Source: an uncultured Rhodospirillaceae bacterium
GTDB taxonomy: Bacteria > Pseudomonadota > Alphaproteobacteria > UBA6615
Direction of reading: 5' to 3'
Assembly: GCA_964530225.1 (NCBI GenBank)
Contig: CAZHBA010000057.1
Span: 553 to 64,552 of the forward strand
DNA length: 64,000 nt
Shown here: positions 1 to 11,289 of the stretch, in pieces
Layout of the letters: every line of letters begins with the position of its first letter
How positions within the stretch are numbered: position 1 is the first letter of the stretch
Made by a program: the position numbers and the translations under genes
The notes under the pieces: model-generated
What the model saw: the letters and a program-made list of their open reading frames with translations, nothing else
Told to the model about the DNA's origin: nothing
The model's database searches: none

Positions 1-1
1 T

Positions 2-1975
2 CCGGACCGCCTGCTGATCATCGCCCAGGCGCTACGGCTCGGTGTCCCGCGCGATGAAGTCCAGCGATTCACCCACTACGATCCCTGGTTCTTGGAGCAG
101 ATCGCCGGCATCGTCGAGACAGAAACCAAAATCCGTACCAATGGACTGCCGGACGACTACGACGGTCTGCTAGCATTAAAGCAAATGGGTTTCTCCGACG
201 CCCGCCTTAGCGAGCTTAGCGGACAGACCGAAGCCGAAGTGGCGGGCCTGAGAAACACTCTATCATTAGCGCCGACATTCAAACGCATCGACACCTGCGC
301 CGCCGAATTTCCCAGCCAAACGCCCTACATGTATTCGGCCTATGAGGGTTGCGCCGACCAACCCGGCGAGTGCGAATCGCGGCCCAGCGAACGTGATAAG
401 ATCATCATTCTCGGCGGTGGGCCCAACCGTATCGGCCAAGGCATTGAGTTCGACTATTGCTGCGTCCATGCCGTGTTTGCGCTGACCGAGGCGGGCTACG
501 AAACCATTATGGTTAACTGCAACCCGGAGACGGTATCGACCGATTACGACACCTCGGACCGGCTTTATTTCGAGCCTTTAACCGCAGAAGACGTGATCGA
601 AATATGCCGTGTGGAACAGCAGGCCGGTACCCTGAAAGGCGTAATCGTGCAATTTGGCGGACAGACCCCGCTCAAGCTGGCGCGCGCGCTGGAAGCCGCC
701 GAAATTCCCATCCTCGGTACCTCGCCCGATGCAATCGACCTGGCCGAAGACCGCAAACGGTTCCAGGAAATGCTGCATGAGTTGAAATTGCGGCAGCCGG
801 AAAACGGTCTCGCCACCAGCGCCGAAGAAGCGCTCGCGGTGGCGGAAACTCTGTCGTTTCCTCTGCTCATTCGGCCGTCCTATGTACTTGGCGGCCGAGC
901 CATGGAAATCGTCCACGATATGGACGGTGTGGTTCGCTACATCACCGAAGCCGTGAAGGTTTCCGGCGATAGCCCCGTATTGCTCGACAGCTTCCTGCAG
1001 GATGCCATCGAAGTCGATGTCGACGCGCTACGCGACACCAGTAACGACATCTACGTTGCCGGCATCATGGAGCATATCGAGGAAGCGGGCATCCATAGCG
1101 GCGATAGCGCCTGTTCGCTACCGCCGTTCTCGTTGTCCAAACAGGTTCTTGAAGAAATCAACCGGCAGGCGGCGGCGTTGGCGCAGGCGCTAAACGTCGT
1201 CGGCCTGATGAACGTGCAATTCGCCGTCAAAGACGACGAGGTCTACATCATCGAGGTCAACCCGCGCGCCAGCCGCACAGTGCCGTTCGTCGCCAAGGCG
1301 ACCGGGGTGCCAATCGCCAAGGTCGCAGCCCGGCTCATGGCCGGCGAACTGCTCGGCAACTTCAAGCTTGGCAAGAAAATATCCGCAGCGCCACCCGAGC
1401 ATGCTCACGTCGCGGTTAAGGAAGCAGTGTTTCCGTTTGCCCGGTTCCCCGGCGTCGATACGATTTTGGGGCCGGAGATGAAATCGACCGGCGAGGTTAT
1501 GGGTATCGATAACGATTTTGGCCATGCCTTCGCTAAGTCTCAGATCGGCGGTGGCACCAAGGTTCCACTCTTGGGTCGCGCATTTATTTCAGTGCGGGAG
1601 CGTGACAAAGCCAACATAATCGACCTTGCCCGGCGCTTGTCGGAGCTCGGTTTCGAGATCGTCGCCACCCGCGGCACGGCGCGCGCACTCAAGGACCAGG
1701 GGGTTCCGGTCAAAACTATTAACAAGGTGCTAGAGGGCCGGCCCCACGTCGTCGACGCCATGGCCAACGATGAGATCGATTTAGTGTTCAATACGACTGA
1801 AGGGGTGCAGTCGATCGCCGACAGCTACAGCCTGCGGCGGACCGCTCTGACCCAGGCAATTCCCTATTATACAACCGTAGCAGGCGCCCGGGCGGCCCTG
1901 ATGGCGATTGAGGCGATGAGCGACGGTGGTCTTGAAGTCGCGCCGCTACAGTCTTATTTTAGCACGTCATTTTAA
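2..1975 (+). CDS. carB: Carbamoyl-phosphate synthase large subunit, 3' portion; the gene starts before the window.
   Basis: The frame is open from nt 2 and reads ...[10 protein letters not shown]... The second ATP-grasp half and the MGS-like C-terminal domain are recognisable. greA follows, which is conserved synteny. Confidence 0.9.
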   Translation, partial: PDRLLIIAQALRLGVPRDEVQRFTHYDPWFLEQIAGIVETETKIRTNGLPDDYDGLLALKQMGFSDARLSELSGQTEAEVAGLRNTLSLAPTFKRIDTCAAEFPSQTPYMYSAYEGCADQPGECESRPSERDKIIILGGGPNRIGQGIEFDYCCVHAVFALTEAGYETIMVNCNPETVSTDYDTSDRLYFEPLTAEDVIEICRVEQQAGTLKGVIVQFGGQTPLKLARALEAAEIPILGTSPDAIDLAEDRKRFQEMLHELKLRQPENGLATSAEEALAVAETLSFPLLIRPSYVLGGRAMEIVHDMDGVVRYITEAVKVSGDSPVLLDSFLQDAIEVDVDALRDTSNDIYVAGIMEHIEEAGIHSGDSACSLPPFSLSKQVLEEINRQAAALAQALNVVGLMNVQFAVKDDEVYIIEVNPRASRTVPFVAKATGVPIAKVAARLMAGELLGNFKLGKKISAAPPEHAHVAVKEAVFPFARFPGVDTILGPEMKSTGEVMGIDNDFGHAFAKSQIGGGTKVPLLGRAFISVRERDKANIIDLARRLSELGFEIVATRGTARALKDQGVPVKTINKVLEGRPHVVDAMANDEIDLVFNTTEGVQSIADSYSLRRTALTQAIPYYTTVAGARAALMAIEAMSDGGLEVAPLQSYFSTSF

Positions 1976-2087
1976 CAATCTTGTGGCATGATGTGGCCTA
2001 TACAGCATAGCTGCATGCATTATTATGCGTGCAATCGTAGATGCTTCCGCTCGAGTTTAGACTAACTTTTAAACACTTATCAGTATC

Positions 2088-2561
2088 ATGGAAAAAACTC
2101 CAATGACCGCCGAGGGTCATGCGACCCTTCAGGACGAACTCCGCAATTTAAAAACCGTGGAGCGTCCCGCCGTTATCAAAGCCATCGCGGCCGCCCGCGA
2201 ACACGGCGATTTGTCCGAAAACGCCGAATACCATGCGGCACGTGAGCGGCAGGGCTTTATCGAGGGCCGCATCGGCGAGTTGGAGGACGCGACAAAACGC
2301 GCCGAAATCATCGATACGTCCAAGTTAAAGGGCAAAACCGTCCGGTTTGGAGCCAAGGTGAAGCTTGCCGACGAAGATTCCGGTGACGAAATCACCTATC
2401 AGCTAGTCGGCGAATTCGAGGCGGATTTAAAGAAAAAGAAAATCTCTATCGCTTCGCCGCTCGGCAAGGCCTTGATCGGCCGTGAGGCCGAAGACAGTGT
2501 CGAGGTACAAACGCCAAAAGGCGTACGCTACTACGAAATCGTCTCCGTCCGATTCAAATAG
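2088..2561 (+). CDS. greA: Transcription elongation factor GreA.
   Basis: 157 aa with an N-terminal coiled-coil (acidic tip around DLSENAEY) and a C-terminal FKBP-like domain. It lies immediately downstream of carB. Confidence 0.9.
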   Translation: MEKTPMTAEGHATLQDELRNLKTVERPAVIKAIAAAREHGDLSENAEYHAARERQGFIEGRIGELEDATKRAEIIDTSKLKGKTVRFGAKVKLADEDSGDEITYQLVGEFEADLKKKKISIASPLGKALIGREAEDSVEVQTPKGVRYYEIVSVRFK

Positions 2562-2594
2562 AATAGAATTAGCACCGCCCTGGATTGGACGCCT

Positions 2595-3110
2595 CTAGGA
2601 TTTGATGTCGTCCACCGGCACACCCGACTCGTGCTTGGACGTACGAATTACCTGAAATGTCTGCACCGTCGTCACGTGCGCCGCACTGGTCAGCCGGGTC
2701 GTTAGCTCGTTCTCGTGCGCCGTGTTGCGCGCGACCATGCGCAATAGAAAATCACCGCCGCCGCGGATCATGTCGCAGCGCCGCACTTCTGGCCATGCGC
2801 CGATTTCGGCTTCAAATTGGGACAGCACACCGCCGGCCTGGCTATTGAGGCCGACCAAAGCGTGAAAAGACACTTCGTAACCTAAAAGCTCACCGTCCAA
2901 ATCAGCATGGTAACCCGTGATGTATCCGGCTTTCTCCAATGCTCGCACCCGCCGCAGGCAGGGCGGTGCAGAAATTCCAGATAAACGAGCCAACTCAACA
3001 TTGGTCATCCGCCCGTCATCTCGTAAATTTTGCAAGATGCGACGATCGATGGAATCCAATTTGACCCGGCGCTGGGCCAGACTGTCGGTGGGACCGGAAG
3101 ACATCGCCAT
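2595..3110 (-). CDS. Lrp/AsnC-family transcriptional regulator.
   Basis: N-terminal HTH (LDSIDRRILQNLRDDGRMTNVELARLSG) and a C-terminal RAM/AsnC_trans domain. It is divergent from the operon starting at 3279. The start was chosen at an internal Met. Confidence 0.8.
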   Translation of the reverse strand: MAMSSGPTDSLAQRRVKLDSIDRRILQNLRDDGRMTNVELARLSGISAPPCLRRVRALEKAGYITGYHADLDGELLGYEVSFHALVGLNSQAGGVLSQFEAEIGAWPEVRRCDMIRGGGDFLLRMVARNTAHENELTTRLTSAAHVTTVQTFQVIRTSKHESGVPVDDIKS

Positions 3111-3278
3111 GGAAAACATTTCTCCAAAAATCGGTGGACACCGCCGCGCAATAATAGGAATCACCGCGACCGGTCGCCTATATTAACCGTAAATGGGCTG
3201 GCGTCCCGATGTTAGCAAATTGAAATAATATTTCAATCGGCGCTGGGGGGGGGCGGCTTTCAACAGTTCGGGTTTTCC

Positions 3279-4268
3279 GTGGCTAACACATCGACAACTA
3301 GCCCCGTCACTTGGGTCGTCACCGACGGCCGGCTTGGTATGATCAACCAATGCCGTGGTCTTGTGGCAGCTTTGGGCGTAACGGCCGAAGAAAAAAAGAT
3401 CGTACTTTCGGCGCCGTGGTGCTGGCTACCGCCCGCTATAACCCCTGCCTGGCTAAGCGTGCTGTCTGGGTCAGGCGACCAGCTGTCGCCGCCTTGGCCG
3501 GAATTGCTTATCGGCACCGGACGTAAATCGGTGACACCGGCGCTGGCCGTCAAACGGGCCAGCGGTGGACATACTTTTTGCGTGCAGGTGCAGAACCCCG
3601 ATGTGGCCCTGGAAAAGTTTGATTTGGTCATCGCGCCCGACCACGACCAGCTCAGTGGTAGCAACGTTCTGAATACATTGGGCTCACTGCATGGCATTAC
3701 CGCCACCGTCCTCGACGAAGCCAGAGTGCTCTTCGCCGATACCATTGCCGGGCTACCCCGGCCTCTGATCACCGTGTTACTTGGTGGCCACAATGCGGTC
3801 TACCGCATGGATGAGAGCATCGCCGCTCAGCTTGCCGATGATCTGGCGGCACTCGCTAGTGCCAAGGGTTACGGACTTGCCATCACCGCTTCGCCGCGCA
3901 CACCGAGCAAAACGGTCGACCTAATAAACCAGCGTCTTGCTACTGAACTGGTGAGCTCGAAAGCGGTATTTTGGGACGGCAATGGCGCCAACCCCTATCT
4001 GGGTTATTTGGCGCATGCCGACGCAATCATCGTAACTGGCGACTCGGTGAACATGGTCAGCGAAGCGGCGGCTACGGGAAAGCCCGTCCATGTCATCGAT
4101 TTGCCTGGCGGGTCCGATAAGTTTCGCCGCTTTCATACCGCTATGGCCAAGGCGGGAATTACCCGTCCCTTTAGCGGCGCCATAGAGTACTGGTCCTATA
4201 CCGCACCCAACGATACGAATCGTGTCGCGACGGAAATCCACCGCTGCATGAGCCAACGCGGCATCTGA
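3279..4268 (+). CDS. ELM1 / DUF1022 family protein, a predicted nucleotide-sugar-dependent transferase-like protein.
   Basis: About 330 aa. The N-terminal motif VTDGRLGMINQCRGLVAALG resembles the bacterial ELM1-family signature (xLTDGKxGHENQ). It is the first gene of a tightly spaced four-gene operon. Confidence 0.6.
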   Translation: MANTSTTSPVTWVVTDGRLGMINQCRGLVAALGVTAEEKKIVLSAPWCWLPPAITPAWLSVLSGSGDQLSPPWPELLIGTGRKSVTPALAVKRASGGHTFCVQVQNPDVALEKFDLVIAPDHDQLSGSNVLNTLGSLHGITATVLDEARVLFADTIAGLPRPLITVLLGGHNAVYRMDESIAAQLADDLAALASAKGYGLAITASPRTPSKTVDLINQRLATELVSSKAVFWDGNGANPYLGYLAHADAIIVTGDSVNMVSEAAATGKPVHVIDLPGGSDKFRRFHTAMAKAGITRPFSGAIEYWSYTAPNDTNRVATEIHRCMSQRGI

Positions 4269-4315
4269 GGCATTATGCCCTTTGCAATCCCCCGATCCGG
4301 GGTCTAAGACTCCCC

Positions 4316-4933
4316 ATGGCTGCGCTTAATCTAGCCGCAATCGATTCAGCGATGCCGAGCTATGATCCGTTCGAACACGTGATCGTGCCCGGTGTGTTAT
4401 CGGGCGATGTCTTGTCGGCGATCCACGAAGATTTCCCAAGGATCGATAAACCCGGCAGTCATCCGCTGTCGCAAATTTCCTATGGGCCTCGCTTCAACAC
4501 GCTGCTCGATGAACTGCGGTCGCATGAGTTCGCCGAACGGGTTGGCGCCAAGCTTGGCATCGATCTAGCTAACCGGCCAACGATGATCACGGTACGCGGC
4601 CAGTGCCGGACCACGGACGGCAAGATACACACCGATTCCGTGGGCAAACTGGTGACCGTCCTGATATATCTCAATCCCTCGTGGGAGGTACCAGGCGGGC
4701 AGTTGCGCTTGCTGCGCAACTGCCACGATCTGGATGATTATGTGGTCGAGGTACCGCCCGAGGAGGGCACGTTAGTGGCGTTCACCTGCAGCCCCAACGC
4801 CTGGCATGGGCATCACCCCTTCGAGGGTCAACGGCGGACAATCCAGCTAAACTGGGTCCACAGCCGAGGTTACAAATTGCGCGAACACGTGCGCCACACC
4901 ATATCGGCCAGCTTTAAGAAATTATCCGGTTAG
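4316..4933 (+). CDS. 2OG-Fe(II) oxygenase superfamily protein (prolyl-4-hydroxylase-like).
   Basis: An H-x-D...H iron-binding pattern (HTDSVGK ... WHGHH) sits in a double-stranded beta-helix-sized core. It begins 47 nt after the ELM1-like gene. Confidence 0.65.
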   Translation: MAALNLAAIDSAMPSYDPFEHVIVPGVLSGDVLSAIHEDFPRIDKPGSHPLSQISYGPRFNTLLDELRSHEFAERVGAKLGIDLANRPTMITVRGQCRTTDGKIHTDSVGKLVTVLIYLNPSWEVPGGQLRLLRNCHDLDDYVVEVPPEEGTLVAFTCSPNAWHGHHPFEGQRRTIQLNWVHSRGYKLREHVRHTISASFKKLSG

Positions 4934-4954
4934 GCCGGCGCAGAATTCATCGCC

Positions 4955-6955
4955 ATGGCCCTGAACATCGACACCTTTTCCAACATCAAGGGCGGCTTTC
5001 CGTTTTTCAAGGCGATGGACCATCCCGCGGTCGCGCCGAAAGCGCGCACTCTACTCACCCGCCTAGCCGATAACGGACCGCTGGCGATCTATGACCCGAC
5101 GGGCTTCGCCACGGCATTTTCCGAAATCTATCCGCTGACCGGCCTCGATATCGCCCATGTATATGTGCAGGATTTGTCCGCCCTGGGACAGCAAGTATTC
5201 GGCCACACGACCCAGCCGGTTACCGATTTGGCTTCTGACGATGTTACTTCGCTTCTGGTCGTCGCTTTCGATGCCGACAAGATTTTGCGCGACATCGCGC
5301 TTCTGGTGCCGCCAGCCACCGAAGTTTTCACCCTCGACGAGTTGCGCCTCGACGAGAGCCGACTGACCAACAAAAAACTTTATCTGGACCCGTTCAACTT
5401 TGCGACCAATTTCGCCTGGTTCCGCGACGCGCCAGATGGCCGCGGTGGCCACCTGCACAGCCGCGTGGCAACCGCCAACTATTGGCACCGCTATGGTGCC
5501 CGCGATGTGACCCTGTGGCTAACGCTACTCGATGAAACCGGGGAGACGATCGCCGAGTGGGACCAACCGTTACCCGACGCGCCCGCAGGCATCATCATCG
5601 ACAGCGCCGAGGTACGGGAACGCTTCGGTCTCAGCGACTTTACCGGTCAGCTGTTCTTGCACGCCATCGGCATCGCCGGCCACGATATCGTCAAATATGC
5701 GTTGGATACTTTCGGCGACGATCCCAAAGATCTGTCGTGCACCCATGACGCCAACGCCTGGCCGGCCGATTTTTATGCCGGACTGCCGGCACCGAAGGCC
5801 GACGAACGCGTGGTGCTATGGATCCAAAATAGCCACCCCTGCCCGATCCCCACCAACGCCATCGGCCTCAACCTCATGGGCGACGATGCGGACGCAGTGT
5901 GGCTGGACGAGGAAATTCCACCTTTTGCCACCTACGCGCTTGATGTCGCCCAGCTGCTGCCCGACATTGAGTGGCCGCAGCAGTTGGAAGTGCGCGCCGG
6001 CAAGCATTTCGTGCGGCCGCGTTACGAAATCGAGTGCACCTCTAACGGACAAATCAACCGGCGACGAATGGCGCACACCAATGTCGAGCGCACCGACCTA
6101 GAGCCCAACCCGCAGATCGCCGAGATCAGCAATTTGATGGGCAAGGGTTTCCTGCTTCCAGCACCAGTCTTGCCGCCGGAACGTTACCGCTCAATTATGT
6201 TGCCGACGCCAATGACGCGGACCCAAGAGATCCTGCCGGTCGCCGTCTTGATTTACGACGCAAAGGGCCGCGAGGTCGCCCGCCACAACTTCGGCGAACT
6301 CGCCCGCACCGAATGTGCCGCCATCAATGCCGACGAATTGGGTGATGGCCAGCTCAACGATACACTCGACGGCGAGGCCGGCCACATGGAATTGGTCTAC
6401 GACTTCCCCGCCGCGACGCGCGATGTCGACGGCTGGCTGCATGCGCTGTTCCGCTACGAAGACAAGGCGACCGGCCACGCGGCGGAATCGAGCTTCGGCG
6501 CACACATCTTCAATACGGTGCTGACCTGGAAGGACGAACCCCAGTCCTACACCGACAATCCACCGGGCCTGTCGACGCGGCTGTTTCTGCGCACTGCCCC
6601 GGGTATGGCCGTACCAGGGTTGGCGACGGATGGCGACGGCGCCAACAGTTTCTGCCAACTCATCTATCCCGCTTCAACGCCGTGGCACGGCGCCTCGCAG
6701 ACCGATCTTACGCTTCACGCCGGCGATGGCAGCGTGGTGGCAACACAGACGGTGAATATTCCTTGTGGCGGCTCGCTCTACTGGCTCCTCTCGGACATGT
6801 TTGACGAAAGCCAGCGCGCCCGCGCTGCCGAAGCTGGCCCAGCCGGCGGCGGTTATGTGATGATCCGCGATACCACCTGCCGGTTATTCGGTTATCATGG
6901 CCTGATCGCCGCCGACGGCGCAGCATTCAGCCTGGACCATATGTTCGGATTCTAA
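4955..6955 (+). CDS. Large hypothetical protein (666 aa): an N-terminal ~130-aa domain followed by three roughly 150-aa internal repeats.
   Basis: Long high-GC ORF with coding-like composition and no recognisable catalytic motif. It begins 21 nt after the oxygenase gene, and the next gene starts 22 nt after it. Confidence 0.7.
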   Translation: MALNIDTFSNIKGGFPFFKAMDHPAVAPKARTLLTRLADNGPLAIYDPTGFATAFSEIYPLTGLDIAHVYVQDLSALGQQVFGHTTQPVTDLASDDVTSLLVVAFDADKILRDIALLVPPATEVFTLDELRLDESRLTNKKLYLDPFNFATNFAWFRDAPDGRGGHLHSRVATANYWHRYGARDVTLWLTLLDETGETIAEWDQPLPDAPAGIIIDSAEVRERFGLSDFTGQLFLHAIGIAGHDIVKYALDTFGDDPKDLSCTHDANAWPADFYAGLPAPKADERVVLWIQNSHPCPIPTNAIGLNLMGDDADAVWLDEEIPPFATYALDVAQLLPDIEWPQQLEVRAGKHFVRPRYEIECTSNGQINRRRMAHTNVERTDLEPNPQIAEISNLMGKGFLLPAPVLPPERYRSIMLPTPMTRTQEILPVAVLIYDAKGREVARHNFGELARTECAAINADELGDGQLNDTLDGEAGHMELVYDFPAATRDVDGWLHALFRYEDKATGHAAESSFGAHIFNTVLTWKDEPQSYTDNPPGLSTRLFLRTAPGMAVPGLATDGDGANSFCQLIYPASTPWHGASQTDLTLHAGDGSVVATQTVNIPCGGSLYWLLSDMFDESQRARAAEAGPAGGGYVMIRDTTCRLFGYHGLIAADGAAFSLDHMFGF

Positions 6956-6977
6956 GCAGGAATAATAAGGGGAATTC

Positions 6978-7709
6978 ATGGAGGAGAAAGAATCGCGGAT
7001 CACCACCGCGGAAGGCGAGATGTATGCCTTTTCGGCCTGGCCGGAGGACGACGGACCGCACCCGGTGGTGATCATGTACATGGATGCACCGGGCATCCGC
7101 GAAAAACTGCGCAACTTCGCCCACCGCATCGCCGGCCAAGGCTATTACGCGCTGCTACCCGACCTGTATTACCGGCTCGGCGATATCCGCTTCAACCTGG
7201 CCAACCGCAACGACAAAATGGACGAGATGATCTTCGCTGCATGGCATAGCCTGAGCAACGCCGGGGTCGCCAGCGACACCAAGGCAATGCTCGAATTTCT
7301 CGGCAACGACGCGGAGGCCTCCGACGGTCCCATGGGCTGCGTCGGCTATTGTATGAGTGGCGCCTTCGTCGTCACCGTGGCCGGCACGTTCCCCGACCGG
7401 TTCGCAGCTAACGCCTCGCTCTACGGTGTCTGGATCGTCACCGAGCACGACGATTCGCCGCACCGGCTGGCCGATAAAATCGAAGGCGAAATGTATTTTG
7501 CCTTCGCCGAGCACGACCAGTGGGTGCCCGACAACGTCATTCCCGATCTTACCGCCACCCTCGACACACATGGGGTTGCCCACGAGATCGAAACCTATCC
7601 CGGCACCGAGCACGGCTACGCCTTTCCCGAGCGTGCCACGTACGACGAACCCGCCGCCGAGGCAACGTGGACAAAGATATTTGATCTGTATTCGCGCACG
7701 CTAGGATAA
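6978..7709 (+). CDS. Dienelactone hydrolase family protein.
   Basis: alpha/beta hydrolase fold with the nucleophile-elbow-like motif CVGYCMSGA and a DLH-like N-terminus. It is the last gene of the operon. Confidence 0.8.
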   Translation: MEEKESRITTAEGEMYAFSAWPEDDGPHPVVIMYMDAPGIREKLRNFAHRIAGQGYYALLPDLYYRLGDIRFNLANRNDKMDEMIFAAWHSLSNAGVASDTKAMLEFLGNDAEASDGPMGCVGYCMSGAFVVTVAGTFPDRFAANASLYGVWIVTEHDDSPHRLADKIEGEMYFAFAEHDQWVPDNVIPDLTATLDTHGVAHEIETYPGTEHGYAFPERATYDEPAAEATWTKIFDLYSRTLG

Positions 7710-7779
7710 TTGTGCCTTGCGTGTTACCGGCGCGACTGGGACACTTTTGTGAATTAGGCATTTCCTGGGAGACATTTTC

Positions 7780-8889
<1,110 letters not shown>

Positions 8890-9029
8890 GTTATGTACCG
8901 TTTTGTTCGCGCCAGCCTTGCCTCCCACGGGTGGCCCAACTATCTAAATACCAGCAAAATCAACATGGTCTCGTAAACCAACTCCGCTGGGCGGGTCCCG
9001 GCCGCCAGAAATTACTCAGGAACCCCAAC

Positions 9030-10001
9030 ATGCCCAAAACCCATCACTCCAAGGCCCTGATCATCGGCTCTGGCGCTGCCGGCTGTACGGCTGCCGTCTA
9101 TGCCGCACGCGCCAACCTGAAGCCAACGATGATCCACGGTATGCAACCGGGCGGCCAGTTGACGATCACCACCGATGTGGAGAACTTTCCGGGGTTCGCC
9201 GAGGCCATCCAGGGGCCTTGGCTGATGGAGCAGATGGAAGCGCAGGCGGAGAATGTGGGTACTGAAATCGTCAATGACGTGGTCACCGCCATCGACTTCA
9301 GTGCCCGCCCCTTCGCTTGCGAGTGCGATTCCGGCAACATCTATACTGGCGATACCTTGATTATCACCACCGGCGCCTCGGTACGCTGGTTGGGCCTTGA
9401 ATCCGAACAGAAGTATAGCGGCTTCGGGGTTTCTGCGTGCGCAACCTGCGACGGTTTTTTCTACCGCGACAAGCCGGTAATGGTGATCGGTGGCGGCAAC
9501 ACGGCAGTCGAAGAAGCGCTGTTCCTAACCAACTTCGCCAGCAAGGTGACACTAGTCCACCGGCGCAACGAATTGCGCGCCGAAAAGATCATGCAGGACC
9601 GCCTGTTGCACAACGACAAGATCGAAGTGACTTGGAACTCAGTTCTCGAAGAGGTAGCGGGTACCGACAACCCGCCGGGTGTCACCGGTGCACGGGTGCG
9701 TAACATTAAAACTGATGAGATCACCAAAATTGCTGTCGACGGTATTTTCATCGCCATCGGCCACGATCCCAATACGGCGCTGTTCAAGGGCTATCTGGAT
9801 ATGGACGATGAAGGCTACTTGATTACCGCGCCCGACAGTACGGCCACCAATATTCCCGGAATATTCGCCGCCGGCGACGTGAAAGACAAGATATTCCGCC
9901 AAGCGATCACCGCGGCCGGCATGGGCTGCATGGCCGCACTGGAAGCCGAGAAATTCCTCGCCGCGACCGAGGCAGGCAACACCCGCAACGCCACCGAGTA
10001 G
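9030..10001 (+). CDS. trxB: Thioredoxin-disulfide reductase.
   Basis: FAD motif GSGAAG, redox-active CATC and NADPH motif GGGNTA. The start was trimmed to MPKTHHSKALIIG. Confidence 0.85.
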   Translation: MPKTHHSKALIIGSGAAGCTAAVYAARANLKPTMIHGMQPGGQLTITTDVENFPGFAEAIQGPWLMEQMEAQAENVGTEIVNDVVTAIDFSARPFACECDSGNIYTGDTLIITTGASVRWLGLESEQKYSGFGVSACATCDGFFYRDKPVMVIGGGNTAVEEALFLTNFASKVTLVHRRNELRAEKIMQDRLLHNDKIEVTWNSVLEEVAGTDNPPGVTGARVRNIKTDEITKIAVDGIFIAIGHDPNTALFKGYLDMDDEGYLITAPDSTATNIPGIFAAGDVKDKIFRQAITAAGMGCMAALEAEKFLAATEAGNTRNATE

Positions 10002-10043
10002 CCCGTTGTCGATCAACCAACACTTCGACGGAGTATCCCGCTA

Positions 10044-10943
10044 GTGCCGATGGACTGGGATAAGCTGCGGATATTCCATGCGGTGGCGGAAGCCGGTAGC
10101 TTCACCCACGCTGGTGACAGTCTGCATTTGAGCCAGTCGGCGATCAGCCGGCAAATCAGTTCGCTGGAAGAATCGCTTAATTGCCGGCTATTCCACCGCC
10201 ATGCGCGCGGCCTACTGCTCACCGAGCAGGGCGATTTGTTGTACCGTACCGTGCACGAGGTCTTCGCCAAGCTAACCATGGCCGAAGCCCAACTCAATGA
10301 CGCGCAGGAAAGGCCCCAGGGTCCGCTCAAGATCGCGACAACGGTCGGTCTGGGATCGCTGTGGCTGACGCCGCGCATCCGCGAATTCATCGACCTCTAT
10401 CCCGACATCGAAGTCACCCTGATCACCTCGGACGAGGAGCTCGACGTTTCTATGCGCGAAGCCGACTGCGCCATTCGTCTGACGCCGCCGACCCAGCCGG
10501 ATTTAATTCAGCGCCGCATCACCCGCGTCAACACGCACGTTTTTGCGTCACCCGATTACCTACAGCAAAACGGGATGCCCGACCGGATTACCGATCTCGG
10601 CGCTCATAAATTGATCGTCTACAGCGAAGAAGGCACAATGCCAGCTCCAAATCTCAACTGGCTGCTCAATGCCGCGCGCGAAGCCATCGACGGCGAACCG
10701 CAAAAAATCCTCACCCTCAATAACCTTTATGGGATGGTCCGCGCGGTCGAGGCGGGAATTGGTATCGCCGGATTACCCGATTTCTTCGCCCGGGAATCGC
10801 GCAGCCTGGTTCGTGTTTTACCTGAGCTCGAAGGCCCCGGAAACGATGCTTTTTTTGTTTATCCGGAGGAACTGAGAGCATCGCAGCGTATTGGCGTATT
10901 CAGAGATTTCCTCATTAGAAAAGTCGCCGAAACGCGCTTCTAA
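10044..10943 (+). CDS. LysR-family transcriptional regulator.
   Basis: N-terminal HTH (FHAVAEAGSFTHAGDSLHLSQSAISRQISSLE) plus a LysR substrate-binding domain. Confidence 0.85.
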   Translation: MPMDWDKLRIFHAVAEAGSFTHAGDSLHLSQSAISRQISSLEESLNCRLFHRHARGLLLTEQGDLLYRTVHEVFAKLTMAEAQLNDAQERPQGPLKIATTVGLGSLWLTPRIREFIDLYPDIEVTLITSDEELDVSMREADCAIRLTPPTQPDLIQRRITRVNTHVFASPDYLQQNGMPDRITDLGAHKLIVYSEEGTMPAPNLNWLLNAAREAIDGEPQKILTLNNLYGMVRAVEAGIGIAGLPDFFARESRSLVRVLPELEGPGNDAFFVYPEELRASQRIGVFRDFLIRKVAETRF

Positions 10944-10971
10944 GCGTAAAATAGCTTCTAAGCGTAAAATA
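10936..10971. repeat. Perfect tandem duplication of the 18-bp unit gcttctaagcgtaaaata, overlapping the LysR stop codon.
   Basis: Two identical adjacent units are visible directly in the sequence. Confidence 0.8.
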
Positions 10972-11039
10972 TTAGTGCGAAAATAGAATAAGCTTTTGAT
11001 TTAAAATATTATGTTGGGTATTACAAAACTGCATATCTG

Positions 11040-11256
11040 ATTAACCGATTTGGAACAGTGAGATCGCGCACAGACGTTCTATTTTGAACAGTGTAGCGAT
11101 GCTCTTAAAGCACCGACCGCGTATAGCGCGCCTCCCTCCCGGCGCACACGCGAAGGGCACACGCGAGGGGTTGTGCAAGTAGCCCTTACGTCTCCCAAGA
11201 CGTAAAGCCTCCCTGTTCAACTCGGCCGGACCCCCATCGGGTCCGGCCTTGTTTTT
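11040..11256 (+). ncRNA. Candidate small structured RNA ending in an intrinsic terminator.
   Basis: No credible ORF. Contains a 9-bp hairpin (cttacgtct/agacgtaaag), a direct repeat gcacacgcga x2, and a strong terminator ggccggaccc-ccatc-gggtccggcc followed by TTGTTTTT at 11225..11256. The upstream region is AT-rich and promoter-like. Confidence 0.25.
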
Positions 11257-11289
11257 AACGATTGCTTCAGCCGGCACCCAGCAGTTACC

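Noticed and set aside
10975-11260. tmRNA, RNase P RNA or SRP RNA as the identity of the terminated non-coding segment.
   Set aside because: The conserved cores are absent. There is no GGAAAGTCCGG-type P4 region, no SRP domain IV GGAA/AGCAG motif, and no tRNA-like 3' end or tag-peptide reading frame.
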